A stretch of DNA of 64,000 bases, taken from NCBI GenBank assembly GCA_051294375.1, contig CM119267.1, forward strand, positions 8,040,683 to 8,104,682. The letters run 5' to 3'. The notes below the pieces were generated by a model that was given only the letters and a program-made list of their open reading frames with translations, did not search any database and had not been told where the DNA came from. Numbering within the stretch: the first letter of the stretch is position 1; each line of letters opens with the position of its first letter. The stretch comes from Paraspadella gotoi (lineage: Eukaryota; Animalia; Chaetognatha). The position numbers were made by a program, and so were the translations under genes. This document shows positions 14,661-28,225 of the stretch, piece by piece.

Positions 14661-17226
14661 ATGTATTTTCCTACGTTAGCGTTTTTAGCGCTGACAATGT
14701 TGACCGGCCTCGCAGCTTCGACCCCACCGACACTTTCCGACTTTTTCGCAAATGTCATTGTCCGCGAATTCGGCGGATCTGATGGAGTCTTAAATGCGTC
14801 GCAATTGGAGGCCTTCATCGAGGCCGTCACAAATCCCAAGTCGAGGTCACAATCGTTAAACTTTGACGATAACGACGTCAACGCAACTCTCCACTCTCTG
14901 GATGCGGAAGCACAAACTCTCACCGAGTGTTTGAGCGCCCAAACGGAATTCCAGCGAAGGAACTGTTCAGCACCGCGAGGCTGCCTCTCCGCTGACGATC
15001 TGTTGGTGCTGTCGTTGCAGCAAACGAACAATGTGCACAGCGTCGACGCTTATGCGCTGGCCACGCTCGCCCCGACTATTCTTTATCAGGTTATTTTTAT
15101 AATAATAATACCGAGTTCCAAAGATCAAAGCTCATCTTGTCTTCAATATTAATGCTCTCCCTTTCATTCCAATTTGTCAATTTTAAATTTGTAAATTAAG
15201 AATTTAAAGAGTAAATTTTAAAAAAGGTTAAAAACATTTACTTTATAATTCAATTTATGGACTAAGGGGCTTAATTTTTTAGTATATTGAGAAAAAAATT
15301 TACGTCAACAAAATTTAATATAATTCATTATCAATTTTGTTCAGGCGGCGACAGGCGTCTGTTTTCGTCCTCCCGTCCCGTCACATGATCCCAACCATAA
15401 GCGTCGCGTCCCAATTTACGTCAGCATCGGTTACGGCGTTCTGTTCGTCACAATCATATCTTTGTGTTCCCTAGGAGGCGCCGTCGTTCTGCCCTTCGTC
15501 AACAAAGTTTTTTACAAACGGTGATTGCTTAACTTAGCTGGAGATAACTACGTGAGGCACACAAAATTCAAAATAAAATTGAGTCATTACCAATATTTTT
15601 TTAAAAATGTTTATTACTTAAATTATTTTACTAATATAATTTATAAAAGTAGTAGTTGTTCAAAATACAGAAGAAAAAATTCTGATTATTTCAGCTTCGG
15701 AGAAATAACATGATTTATGCTTTGACGGTAAAAAATATCTAATTCACCACCGTGGTCGTTAAAATTGTTTTTCTCAAGAGATTTAGAACGAGTCACAGGC
15801 ATTCGAAGAATGTAAACATCAAATCAGGGAACGCCTTACTACTTCGTTAAAACGAGGGTCATCTTTCAAAAAACAAAGTTCTTCGTCATTATTAATAAAG
15901 ACCATGCCAAAATATCACAACTAAAAAAAACAACTTTTTTTTTCATAATTACAGACTTCTCACTTGGATGGTGGGCCTGGCTGTTGGCACGCTGGCTGGA
16001 AGCGGTCTGCTCCACCTCATGCCCCACACCTACGGAATGAGCTACGAAGAAACGGGTAGTCTCGACTACCTCTACAAGGCGTCGGCCATCTTCGCCGGCT
16101 CCTATCTCTTCTTCGTCACTGAGCGCCTCTTGAAGACCATCTCCGAAAAACGGCGCGAGAAGAGAAACCGGCGGGACAAGGCCGCTGAAGCCTTGGGCGG
16201 CGGAAGTAGCCAGACCACCCTGGAGACAATGTCTAACGACAGAAGCAGCGTTTCGACCATCAGCAACGTCAACAATAACGGCCACGTGGGGCAGGGACAC
16301 GCTCGTGAAGTTACCGAGCAAGAGGTGAGGTCATTTATCCTCATTATCGATGTTTGATTTGAAAATAAAAAGCTTTAGGTTACATTATAAAAAAAATAAT
16401 TATGTCAATTAACACATCCGAATCCACAGGAGGAACAAAAAATCGCGCCCGTCGCGTGGATGATCATCTTCGGCGACGGACTTCACAATTTTATCGACGG
16501 TGCGTAAATCAATCCGTTTGTGCAGAACTTTCATTTCTGATCCTCAACGATAATTGAAGAGCGAGTCTTAATTTTTTTTTTCGATCGGCAGGTCTCTCGA
16601 TCGGCGCCGCTTTCACGGAGTCGATCCTCGCCGGAATCTCAATATCAGTCGCCGTCTTCTGCGAGGAATTTCCCCACGAACTCGGCGACCTCGCCATTTT
16701 ACTCAACTCCGGGATGAGGTTTAAGCAGGTGCCTATGGATGACAACTTGCGATCTTTAGGATCGTATTTTNNNNNNNNNNNNNNNNGAATAAAATTTTCC
16801 ACGAGACTGTGCACCGCGACATAAATCGCCCAACATCAACAGGCTCTTCTCTACAACTTCTTGTCCGCCTGCATGTGCTTTCTCGGCCTGTGTCTCGGCA
16901 TCTTTCTCGGCGACGTCACTCAGTCCGGCGCGAAATGGATCTTTGCTCTGGCGGCCGGGATGTTCCTTTATTTGGCGCTCACGGACATGATTCCCGAACT
17001 CAACAAACAAGTGAGTGAATTGACAAGTTTCCACGGATGAAAGTTGTCGAAAAAGTAGAAAAAGGACAATAATTGTTTTTTTTTATTCGCCGATCAGGCG
17101 GAGGAATTGTTGAACGAAGGAACGCCGCTGTGGAAGATCATGATCATCCAGCACTCTGGAGTGTTGACCGGCTTTTTCATCATGCTGTTGATGGCCATTT
17201 ATGGAGGAAACATCGACTTCACGTGA
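14661..17226 (+). CDS. SLC39A14: LIV-1 family ZIP8/ZIP14-like metal transporter (exons 14661-15089, 15345-15520, 15955-16324, 16430-16499, 16592-16728, 16843-17010, 17098-17226)
   Basis: Signal peptide [26 protein letters not shown] (CPALLYQ-like), [48 protein letters not shown] (ZIP8/14-type E-for-H variant), [14 protein letters not shown]. Frame is conserved across all GT-AG introns. Confidence 0.95.
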
Positions 17227-18106
17227 CGGACAGTGAATTTTGTTCCCGTTGAACCTTCCTTCGTTAAAACGAAGACAAGTGTTAAATTCATTCCAGACTT
17301 TTTGATTCCAGACTTAATTTTTTATCTTTTGTTTTCGTCCGTTACGAAAATCTGTTACAAGGGGTGTTGGTTTTTTTGGGTTTTTTTTTTTTGCGCAAGT
17401 AAAGACTTAAAGATGTTTATTTTTCTTATTTTCTTTAAAACTAGGATAATTGATGATCAGATTCCTCCCATTTGGCATACCATACGGTAAATACCAGTGG
17501 GAGACTAACTTGAAAGGCAAACATTTGAAATTTGGCTACAGTTGGACCTTTCAGTCAGTAAAAAGTTAGAAACGAGCACAAAAAAATACCTGAGCTAATC
17601 GCGACCTTTTTCGTCGATTTGCAGCTCGAAGAATTCCCCATTTTTGCCACTCGGAAGCGTATGATTTCCGAATTTTATTTAAGAAAATCTATTTAACTAC
17701 GGATTTTTATTTTCGCGTCGATTAACTTCACTGAAAACTTCTGATAAAAAAAAAATCTTTTGGTCACAATCGTCGAGAGAGAAAAGGCAACTTTTGGCGA
17801 AGAGAAGCAAATAGAAATTGGCCGACGATGTAGGAAAAGAAAAAATAAGCCGGATAAATTATTTCTGAGGAAAAAGGCGACCACAATATAGAAATTAGAA
17901 AAGACATCAAGATAAAGCGGGAAGAAAAAGAAAAAAAGGAAAAAAAAGGGAACAAACGAGGTTGGCAAAAAGTGAATTGATCGAAAGATCCTAACCAATG
18001 ATTGATCAAAGTGCCAATAAAATTAAAAGAGAAACTCCTAAGATCTGATTAAGAAATAATAAAAAGTGTTAAAAACTAAAGTGAAACATTCTTCATCGAT
18101 ACAAGT

Positions 18107-18525
18107 TTTATATGAAATTGGTACAACCAATATAAAAAATTATCCCTTCATTTAATAAATAAGCTATCTTGCCCCTGACTTTGGACAGGCTTTGGTGGTT
18201 TAAGGCCTCCATCACTCTTACAAGATAATGACATAGCAGGTCCCTGCAAGCTTTCAATCAAGACTCTCTCACAGTCTCGTTTATTCACTCCCAGAGTACC
18301 TGGCTTCCCTATCAATGAAGTGGAAAATATTTCAAAGAATGTTTCAATTGTATGAAAAGACCACTCCCTTAAGTATTAGATCGGGGAATACTTATTGTAC
18401 TCCGCACTAGCATCAAAATACAAGGAGCTGAATTTTTATGAAATTGGTACACCAATATAAAAATTATCCATTCATTTAATAAATAAGCTATCTTGCCCCT
18501 GACTTTGGACAGGCTTTGGCTGGTT
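18107..18525. repeat. ~90-bp direct repeats (18107-18198, 18433-18525) bracketing a ~235-bp spacer
   Basis: TATGAAATTGGTACA...AATAAATAAGCTATCTTGCCCCTGACTTTGGACAGGCTTTGG occurs twice. Confidence 0.8.
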
Positions 18526-19782
18526 GGTTGGTATGTGGGTGGTGAATCTGATTCTTTTAATCGTTTGTAGTTTGTACTATTGAAGCTTTGTCTTTAAAGA
18601 ATTACTCTCTATTATATTCTTTTTTTTTAAATTTCAAACATAACCGGTTTATTTTTCTTAATACATTTTACTTACATATTTTTTTATTGCAAATAAAACT
18701 TTTTGTCATAAATGTAATAATTTTCAAAACTATTTACCTACCTCGTAAAAAAAGCCTGCAGAGATTTATTGATTACAAAATAAAACTAAGAATTCAAAAC
18801 GTTATTAAAATTACCTCTTGTAAGTTGTACCAGTCATCCAAGGTATTAATTAATCTCAAGGAAAATTATACCAATCGCAAACATTTGGAGGTGCACTATA
18901 AGGACAGAATCCCGAAAATCATTAATTTTTAGACTTAAATAAGACCTTGTAAACAATCCAAAATATGCAATTACTAACCATAAAATATTTAGTTTTGCTG
19001 AGAAAAACCAGTTTTATTTAGTTTTGCTAAGAAACCAGTTATCGTAGTGCATGTTGCAACATGATGCTTGATTGTTGGCAAGATCTTTTTTTCGACAGAT
19101 GTTGAAATGAGTTAGAGGTCGTCATAGTCGTATCTCCATGCACTAATCTTTATCAGATAGAAATGAACATCGCTTAAAAGAATCGAGTGAAAGAAAAGGC
19201 GCTCGGACAAAGTGAATATGTAGACGGCGGATGTCTTTTTAAAGAATACAGAGTAGAAAGTAATAAACTATATTGAATTGAGCTACTTAGAGTATCTAAT
19301 TTTCAAATATGCGTTCACGTTTTTGAGATGGCAATTTCGCAGAATCGTTTTGCATAAAATCAAATGATATTAATATTTTTGCATAATTATGATGAAACTT
19401 ATTACATACTTATTATACACGTGTGTTCAAGGGCATGTAATGATTACTAACTTTTGACGTTCACTTTGCCTCATGTTTACACACAGTAATTAATAAAAAA
19501 TAACTAATTTTTAAGAAATCCATTCCGAAAACTATAGGTTTGTATTATCAGCAAAATAAAGGTTTTTACAACAACAAAGATGAAGAAATCACAGAATAAT
19601 AAGCAGTATTTTTTTGGCTTTTAACGACAAGTTATCAAATACTTTAGGATGATCCAAACAGTTATGAATTAATAAACAGTTTAACAGTGAATTAAACAGT
19701 TTTAGAATTAAAAACGACCGAATATGAATTAATCAGCTATTCAATTTTAAAGAAGCCAAACCAAATCGGGCAAGAGAATTGA

Positions 19783-22597
19783 CTATAAAATAGCGGAGTA
19801 GGTGAGGTCGACTTCGATTTTGATGAAGATTGTGTCGTCGACGACGTAGTTGTGCTTCCGTAGCAGCACCTCGTGAGAGACGTACTTCGGGTAGCCATAA
19901 CCGAGACAGTCTTGGGCGTTGGCTTCTTTGGATGGCCTCTGAAAGGTTTTCCAATCAGGATCCGGGTCGAACCTTTCGTCGATGTGATGAAGCTTCTGTG
20001 CGCTGGAGGAAGCGCCACCCTTGATCTGGTCCATCAAAGTGAACTTGACGGGATGAGTGAAGGGCCAGTGGAGAAGATTGTCGTAATCTCCAGGAAGGAT
20101 CTTGATGTAGAGAGAAAGGAATTTTCCTTCAGCACCGTCGCCGTCGCCGTTGGGGAAGATGGAGGCCACGATCTTGTAGCCGTATTTGTGGGTGTAGAAG
20201 GGGACGCTGCAGATCTCCGCGTTTGTGTTGGGCGAGAGGCGGGCGTTCTCCAGCAGCCGAGAAAAGTCAGAAATTCGCCACAAGAGAGTTCCATCGGAAC
20301 TTCGGGTCATGGCCTCCATTCTGGATCGAAGCTCTTCAATCTCCGATCTCTGCTTCGTCGCCAAACCGCACATGATCTTCAAGTGCGCCTTGGAGTCGGC
20401 ATCGACGTGGCGTTGGACGCTGCGACGAGGACCGCGAACGCCGCATCCCGCGTGCTTGAAGGGGCATTCGACGACGACGGCGGGACACGATTGAAGGACG
20501 TGACGGTCGAGTTCATCTCGAGGGATTCGACCCGGAGACTCGCATCGGTTCGGACATGAGACAGGATAGCGCGGACAATGTTGGAAGTGGTTCTGAAAAA
20601 AAAAAAAGATTAATTTAAATCGATCGTTGGTGTTGTTAACTTTAAATCTAAAATGGATTAATGAATGCCAATTTTCCATATTTTGACTGAGACTAAGGGC
20701 AAACTCTAGTTTCTTCCGTCAGCTATCGTGTCACGTGCGTGTCTTTCTTTGTCAAGTTTCACTTCCTTCATCTTTGTCGTCGTCGTCCTCCGTTGATGTA
20801 GACTTCATATCGTAGCCAAGAATAAAAAAATCATTGGCAAACGGAATGTTACCGGAGCCAAGCGAGAAATCAAGAAGAATAACATTTTGCACATGTCACA
20901 TGCTTTGTTTAATGTCAACGTTTCATGACAGCTTCGGAATTTTGATGTCAACACTTTCTACAGATTGATCATTGCAAGCTGTTGAGTAATGAGTATGCTT
21001 TAGTAATAATTTAATTGATTAAATTATTTTAAAATGAGTGAATGGAAAATATTTTTAAAAATAAAACCTAAAACAATACTTTACAATTAGCATGGGTAAG
21101 TGAAATAGAATAAACAAAATAAATCGATGTTAAAGAGTGAGATAGCTGTTAAATAAATTTTTGTTTCAATTTGTTTCCCAACAAGAACGTTTGGTAATAT
21201 TTTTTTTCTCAACCGAGAAACCGTCAACGGAATGAAATGTATTCGCGCTTCAGATTCTGAACCTTTGATACAAAAATCAACAAAAACACAAACAGAAAAA
21301 AAAAGGCGTTTCCACATTCCAGTCTCGAGACGACGCCTCGTATTTTTTCCTTAAACCTTTGAGGAATCCAGGAAGGATTCCGCGTTGGCAACAACGCCCC
21401 CTTTTCTCCTGTCGCTATGTCCACCTCGCCCCACATTCACTCAGGGAGCTACAGGTTTTTCACCCATTCACATAGAATTCTCGCTGCCTTTAGTTTCTTG
21501 AAATTCTTACACCTAAACCGTTTCATTCTTCCCAGCTTTTTCTCAAGTAGCCTTTCAAAATACCGTCCGTCTTTCTATCTCGTCCAAACCATTCATTACA
21601 GAATGTAGAGTGTATCTTCTCTTCGAAAAATGATCTTCAGTTGATGGAATAAAAAGAGTAAATCCTGGAAAAGAAAGGCTTTGCAACACAACAATGGGAA
21701 TAAAAAAGAAAGATATAACGGAGTCTCTCTCTCTCTCTCTCTCTCTCTCCCCCTCGATTGTGTCTCCGTCCTACGCCTCATGTCTCAGTTTGTTCATCGT
21801 TCAACGAAGCAAAAGGCTGTAAACAGAAAAGATAAAAGCCACCAGTTGAATGAAGATAAGGATATCTGTCAAATTGTCAATCTTCCATAAGAAAAAAAAA
21901 CTCCGAGAAAACCCGAGGAAACCAGTTTGTTATGATGAAGAACGTCAAGTCCCACCATACGCGCCGGTAACATTAACCCCCGCCTCGCTGTTTACATCAC
22001 CCGGCTCAAGGTCGTAAACCCGTCATCGATTATCGACAGAAAATCAGGTCGAAAGAGTCTCGAGTCAAAAAAACTCTGAGGCCTCAGTTCTCCAACCGAT
22101 CTCTACGATTTCCCTTCCGATATTAATTGATTTTCCTCTTTCGAAAGTCGACATATTTTTTTGTTCGTCACGACACATTTTAAACGTCGTCTGATTGGGC
22201 GAAAAGACTTCATCGTGGACAAAGGAAAAAGAGAAAAAAGGGGAACATATACTTTCGCGAAGGAGACGTCCTGTCGCATGATCGAAGGCTGAGCGTAACG
22301 ATATATAATTTTAATTATATAAATATATATTTTATAGTTAAGAAAAGCGCAGGCAACAAAATGGATTTACAAAAAAAATATTTAAACTGAGTTTTTTAAG
22401 CCACTAATGACGATTCTTAATTAGTAAAGTGGACTGACAGAATGCTCTGCTGTGTTTTTTCGGGGGAAAAACACGTTTTATGTTACTTGTAATACAGTTT
22501 AAATTAAACATTTAGTAACTTAAAAAAGAAGATTTTTCCCCCGTCGCTCATTTTTTTTGCAGCGAATGACGAATTCTGGTCATGAACGTCCGATTCG

Positions 22598-22631
<34 letters not shown>

Positions 22632-25600
22632 CGTTTGACTTGGCCGCACAAATCATCTCGAACGACGTCGTCGATCTTTACGAGGACGGGAATCACATTG
22701 GAATCACATTTCTGTCCTCACGTGATCGCATCCGAGTCACATTTCGCGTCACGTGATCGCATCGAGAAACGGGTTTTTCTCGCCCAAATCCTCTGATTTA
22801 CGAGGGATTCGAGTTTCACGAGGAATTTCGGACGGGCGTCGACGGACGAGGGCCGAACGGACGGGGGTGTTGGGGGGGGGGTTGGCAGCCGGTGGGCGTG
22901 GCGACTAAACGAAACGAAACTTAAACGATCGATGCCGGGATCGATAGTAGCTGCCGGCAACTGTTAAGTTGTAGTGAAACGGAAATTATAAGCATGTATA
23001 AGAATGTATAAGAAAGAAGGCAAATTTGAAATTGTGTAGAGAATAGTCGGTCGTCTATGTTCCCACTGTTCGTCTATCCGTCCATCTCCAGCCCCATCTC
23101 AACAGCGAAAGCTACACTTTACAATGTCGCTAAGTTACAATGATGCATGTTGGCTACCTTAAGATTTAGTACCTGCAACGTATCGAGAACGAAGTCTCGG
23201 CCGCAGTGACCGCATCGCGTCGTTCGCTTGTGGCATTCGTGAAGAGCGTGCTGCGAAATGAAGCGGCGCTGCAACAGGGCGCCGCATTTGTTCTCGCAAT
23301 GGACCAGCTGGTAGTTGCAGTTGCCCACGTGATCCTGGAAAAGTAAGATTCAAGTTTAATCGTCACAATATAATTTTAGATTGGGTAAAAATAAGATTCC
23401 AACAAACTATATTTCTTTTTCCAGAACAATTACTGATTTAGTTTTCATCAATATGTTTTCAAGCCTCATGTAGAGGGATTTATATTGGCGAATACAAAAC
23501 AATTTGCTTTCTATATCTCAGTTATTATTGCGAGGGACTCCATCCGCTACTCTTTAATTTTTCTTTATCATATCATATCATATCATCTCATGTCAAATAT
23601 CATACCTAATCATATCAGCCACAATTTTAAACTCCGTTATCCGTCAAACAAATTACTTAAATTTCCCTTTCCATTTCCATTTCCACTTCCACTTTCCACT
23701 TTCCTTTCCCTTTCCACTTAATCCCTCCTACCTCCCCAATTTCCCCTTGAAACAACTCTCAGCTCTTCCCTTATTTTTCCATTCACTATCACCTCCTTTA
23801 CACATTCCCCTTGATGATAAAAACCTTCAAGCTTTCTCTTCATCCCGCAGTCACCTCCCCTCTAAATTGCCACTAAATTCCCTCTCATCTCTCCCCTCTT
23901 ATCCTCTCTCACTTCCCCTCTAAATTGTAACTAAATCCCCTCTCATCTCCCCCCTCTTATCCCCTCTCACCTCCCTTCTATTTTGCCACTAAATCCCCTC
24001 TCATCTCCCCCCTCTTATCCCCTCTCACTTCCCCTCCAATTCCCTTCTCACTCTTCCCCTCCTCTCTTGATCGCCCGTTGGCGCCAGCATACCGACGATC
24101 GGCGCCAACATTTCCTCGTTAACCATTTCATAATTATTTTTTAAAAAAATACAAAAAAAAAACTTGAATCGTAATTTTAATAAAGTTCCCATTTCCTGGT
24201 CTCCATGGCTGCCCTGAATATTTCATCATCGAACCGCATCGAATTAAGTTTTCAGTTTGTTATTAAATAGATTAGTGAAGTTAGGACTAAATATGAAATA
24301 AACTTTTTTCCCCGCCTTTTTTTTTTCAGACAAAATCCCCTGAAAATCTCGCGCAGGGTTAAAACGTTAATCGCTGCAAATTTTATTCGAGGGAATCAAC
24401 TGCGGCCTTCGCTCGATTCCATTCCTCCGCCCTCCGCCTTCATCGGCCTTTATTCCTTCGCCCGTTTCGCTTCGCCCTCTCTGCCTCAATCTACCGCCCT
24501 ATGCCAGAATCCAGTCTCCCCTTAATGAATTTCGGCATCGCGAAAAAAAAGAGACGAGCCTGGGCTTTTTTGACAGATCGAATTTTCTGTCTCTCTCCTC
24601 GCATCTCTGCTCTCTCTCTCTCTATCTCTCTCTTCTTCTTCTCTCTCTCTCTCTCTCTCTTCTCTCTCTTCTCCTCTCTCTCTCTCTCTCTCTCTCTTTC
24701 TTCTTCTAGTCTCTCCGTCGCCCAATTTCGTTCGCGCTGCCGAGAAAGTTATGATTTATTTCTCCCTTTCGTTGGTTTTTATTTCTTAGATTTCCTCTGC
24801 CTTTTCTCAGATTTGGTTTTTCCTTGTTTTCATCCTTCGCGCAATCCTTTCTATTTTCCTTCCCCGGATGTTTTTTTTCTCTTTCTCTGCCAATTTTCTG
24901 GCGTCTTTTCACGTTAACTTTTTGGGTATTTTTTATACATAAGCTTTTGTAAAGAGGTTTTCTTTCATCGACGCTCTTTTGTTTCCCATTTTCTTTCAAG
25001 CGTTCACCTCCATTTGCGCTCCGGTGAAGTCGCGATGACAAAAGTCGCAGGTGACGACGCGATTGGGACACGTGAAGGCCAGGTGATCCTCCATGCAGAC
25101 GCGAGGGATACGGGATTCGCAATCCGAGGGGCACAACACGGCGTCCCATTTGCAGACATTGAGGTGGGCCTGAAGAACGAGTCGGGGAGAAAAGTGATTT
25201 CATTGTTATTGTGGTAAAAAAGCTCAAAATCTCTCTTTCTCTCTCTCTCTCGCACCTTTTCCTCTCTCTTGATTTGATAAATGGGAAGGAAAAAATATCT
25301 TGACTCTGTAAAAAAGATTTCAAGTGAAGTTCTTAGAGTGGATTCACCTGGAAATTATGCGCTGTTTCTTTCTGACAAAATCGTTAATCATGGCAGTCGT
25401 TGTCGTCGTCTTCGTCATTGTTATCGTCATTGTTATCGTCATCGTCGTCGTTTTATCGTTGTCGTTTATCCCTCTATATCTTGCGAGCCTCACGCGTTTG
25501 GAAGCGTTGTTTACAGATTCAGAAACGTGACTCAGTGAGCCAAACTAATAACTTTGGCGTCCCGGGGAGTTTACCAATAGATCCGTCATCAACAAAATAT

Positions 25601-25972
25601 AAATATCACCGTCTCAGTCTCAGCATGCATTGTACATATGTTACTTTAAGGATCAAACTTTTATGTCTTTATCACTTCACTACGTCAATACAAGTTTAAA
25701 TCATCGTTAAAATTGTCACTAGTGCAGTGGTTATACGTTAACTTCACAATCATCGTATCTGTCATTGTTATTAGTGCACTTTTTAATTACAGTCTCTGTA
25801 TTTTCACGTACGTTCTTCTCATTCTCGCGCGAGAGACGAACATCTCCGTATGTCGCTGATCAATCACCTGTAAGGACTTGAGTTGATCCCTCCAAGTGCA
25901 GCCCTCTTCCGAATGGATGCAGTTGATCTTCAGACTTCCGACTTCGACTTGGGATTCCGCGTCGGGGTAAAC
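19783..25972 (-). CDS. TRAF4: TNF receptor-associated factor 4, 3' part (exons 25972-25868, 25169-25008, 23334-23173, 20592-19783); N-terminus not identified
   Basis: VYPDAESQVEVGSLKINCIHSEEGCTWRDQLKSLQ|AHLNVCKWDAVLCPSDC...|DHVGNCNYQLVHCENKCGA...|NHFQHCPRYPVSCPNRC... form TRAF zinc fingers in phase-0 exons. These are followed by a coiled coil and a MATH domain (GTLLWRISDF, PFYTHKYGYK, LSLYIKILPGDYDNLLHWPF, GYGYPKYVSH, YVVDDTIFIK). Confidence 0.95.
23852..24045. repeat. ~58-bp minisatellite, about 3.3 copies, in a TRAF4 intron
   Basis: Unit TCACYTCCCCTCTAAATTGCCACTAAATCCCCTCTCATCTCCCCCCTCTTATCCCCTC repeated. Confidence 0.85.
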
Positions 25973-26673
25973 CTGAAAAAGGGGGGAGGGGAGTAGGGAG
26001 GGTGTCAGGTGTGGTCATATTTAAAGTAACACAAACTGTCAATTTTACTGAAATGTTTTTTTGAGTCATCATTGTTGAATGGAGACATAACTATTAACGA
26101 CTTTTGATGAGGCTGGGCATTTTAGATACGAGAAACCACTGTACTAAAAATATTTGGAAATTCATCCGGTAAGGCCCATCATGATCTTTCGCAGAACCAA
26201 AATCAAACCTCATTTCCCTACAAATGCGGGATCGTTTCTTCATTCTATTCATTATTAATATTCTCCATTTTTAGATCTTTCTGCTTATTTATAATTGTAC
26301 ATCCTCGTTTTCTAAATTCTCAACCGGCCCGAGCCTCGTCCCTACCCCCTTTCCCCGTTATCCCCCAATTCTCATCCATTCTCCAATTCTATCCAAAACT
26401 ATTTTCCTTTTCTGACCCAATTTTCCAATTTCTCTTTTCCAAAATCGCCGAAAACGTTTCTCATCCTTCCTAATTTTATCTCTCTCTCTCTATCTTCCTC
26501 GTCTCTCTCATCTCTCTCTCTCTCTCTTCTCTCTCTCTCCCTGCTCTCTCTTCTCTCTCTCTCTCCAATACTTATCCCCACCCTCCAAACGCCGGTCACA
26601 GTGGGATTCACCTTAAAAAATCATTTTCTCACGAATCTGGGATAAAATTAAATCAACTGTGTGCTTTTCTTTA

Positions 26674-26710
<37 letters not shown>

Positions 26711-26958
26711 CTCTCCTCTCTCTCTCTCTCTCTCACTCTCTCCCATTCTCTCTCTCTCCACGTTGTTTTGTTGTATGAGATTCGCCTCGTGAAAAGGAGG
26801 AGGTAGGGACAGAGGGATGAGGGAAAAATGGATGGAGAAAAGAGAAAGCGGTCGGGCTTCTGTTTCCTTTTTTCGACGTCCGACTTTTGATTAAATGAAT
26901 TTCGCCATCGAATTCTGGGAAAGTCCCGATTTTAAAACAGAAAGGGAAAGAAAGGGAG

Positions 26959-27061
<103 letters not shown>

Positions 27062-28190
27062 AAGAACATCAGAGTTAAAGAAACAGTCGGAATCCTTTTC
27101 TCCTGACATAAGCGGCGGGCATCTCTGCGTGAGTTCCCTTCAGAAGCAACATGGGATGTCTCGTTGCCCCAATATTGATTTTTGCAGCATTTTTTAATTG
27201 TGCTTGTTTTGTTTATAAGTCGAGTTAGGACATGGTGACAATTTTACAAGTGCCGGTAAAAAAACGCTGTCATTTGCAAACCAGTGGTTATTTTATTGAT
27301 TTTAAAAATTAGACCTTTTAGGCTTCACGAATAATTGACCCAACAGGCCAGCAAATTAACTTTGTCAAATACCTGTAAAAAAAAAACCAATTGACATAAA
27401 AACTTTAACGAAACTTTAATAGTATTGTAATAACTGCGACAATGACTTCATGCCCTAATGCCTCAATGCCCCGCCTCTACAATCTTTTTCAATCCTCATT
27501 AATTTTCCATCACCGTTTATCGCAAAACGGAGATTTATCGTTCGTGAGCCAGCGCCCTTCACAATCAAAGCCGACGACAAAGTTTTTTTCCTTTTATGAA
27601 TTTCATTATTTTTAAATATTATTTTGTCCTCGCAGTCTCAATTAGTTCTTTTTCCTCATTATCTTTTGTTTAGAATCAGTTAACTCGATTTAAAGGTCAT
27701 TTTGGCTAAAAAAAAAAAAAAATACTGTCAATCACATGTCTTTTGCCGAACAATTTAAAACTATATATGGCTATTTTTATTCTTCTGATAACTGGTGTAT
27801 CAGTACATATTAAGCCTTTGAAAGCGACTCAGTGACCTTCCTTACCCTCTTTAAAACCTATGCACTCGCTTAATCGGTTATACGCTTTCCTCATAACGTT
27901 TATAGAATATCTATAGCTATATCTATAGTATATCTATATATATACAGCTAGATATATGTAAAACCGAAATTACCACCATTTTCTACTTTAAAAAAAATCT
28001 TCTTTCAATCCCTGGGTTCGATGGAAGTTATTAATTCAACCACAAAGAAAAAAGCCAAGAGGAAAGGAAGAGGAAAGGGAAAGAAGAAGAAGAAAGGGAG
28101 GAAAGATAGAGAGGAGGAGGAAGAGCAGCATGGGGAGAAGAGGAAGAGAGAGAAGAGATCAGAGAGAGAGAGAGAGAGAGATGAACGAAG

Positions 28191-28225
<35 letters not shown>

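Noticed and set aside
19873-20559. Long antisense ORFs over TRAF4 (also over KLF 3658-4158 and ZIP 14408-15031)
   Set aside because: They are shadows of GC-rich codon usage on the true coding strand.
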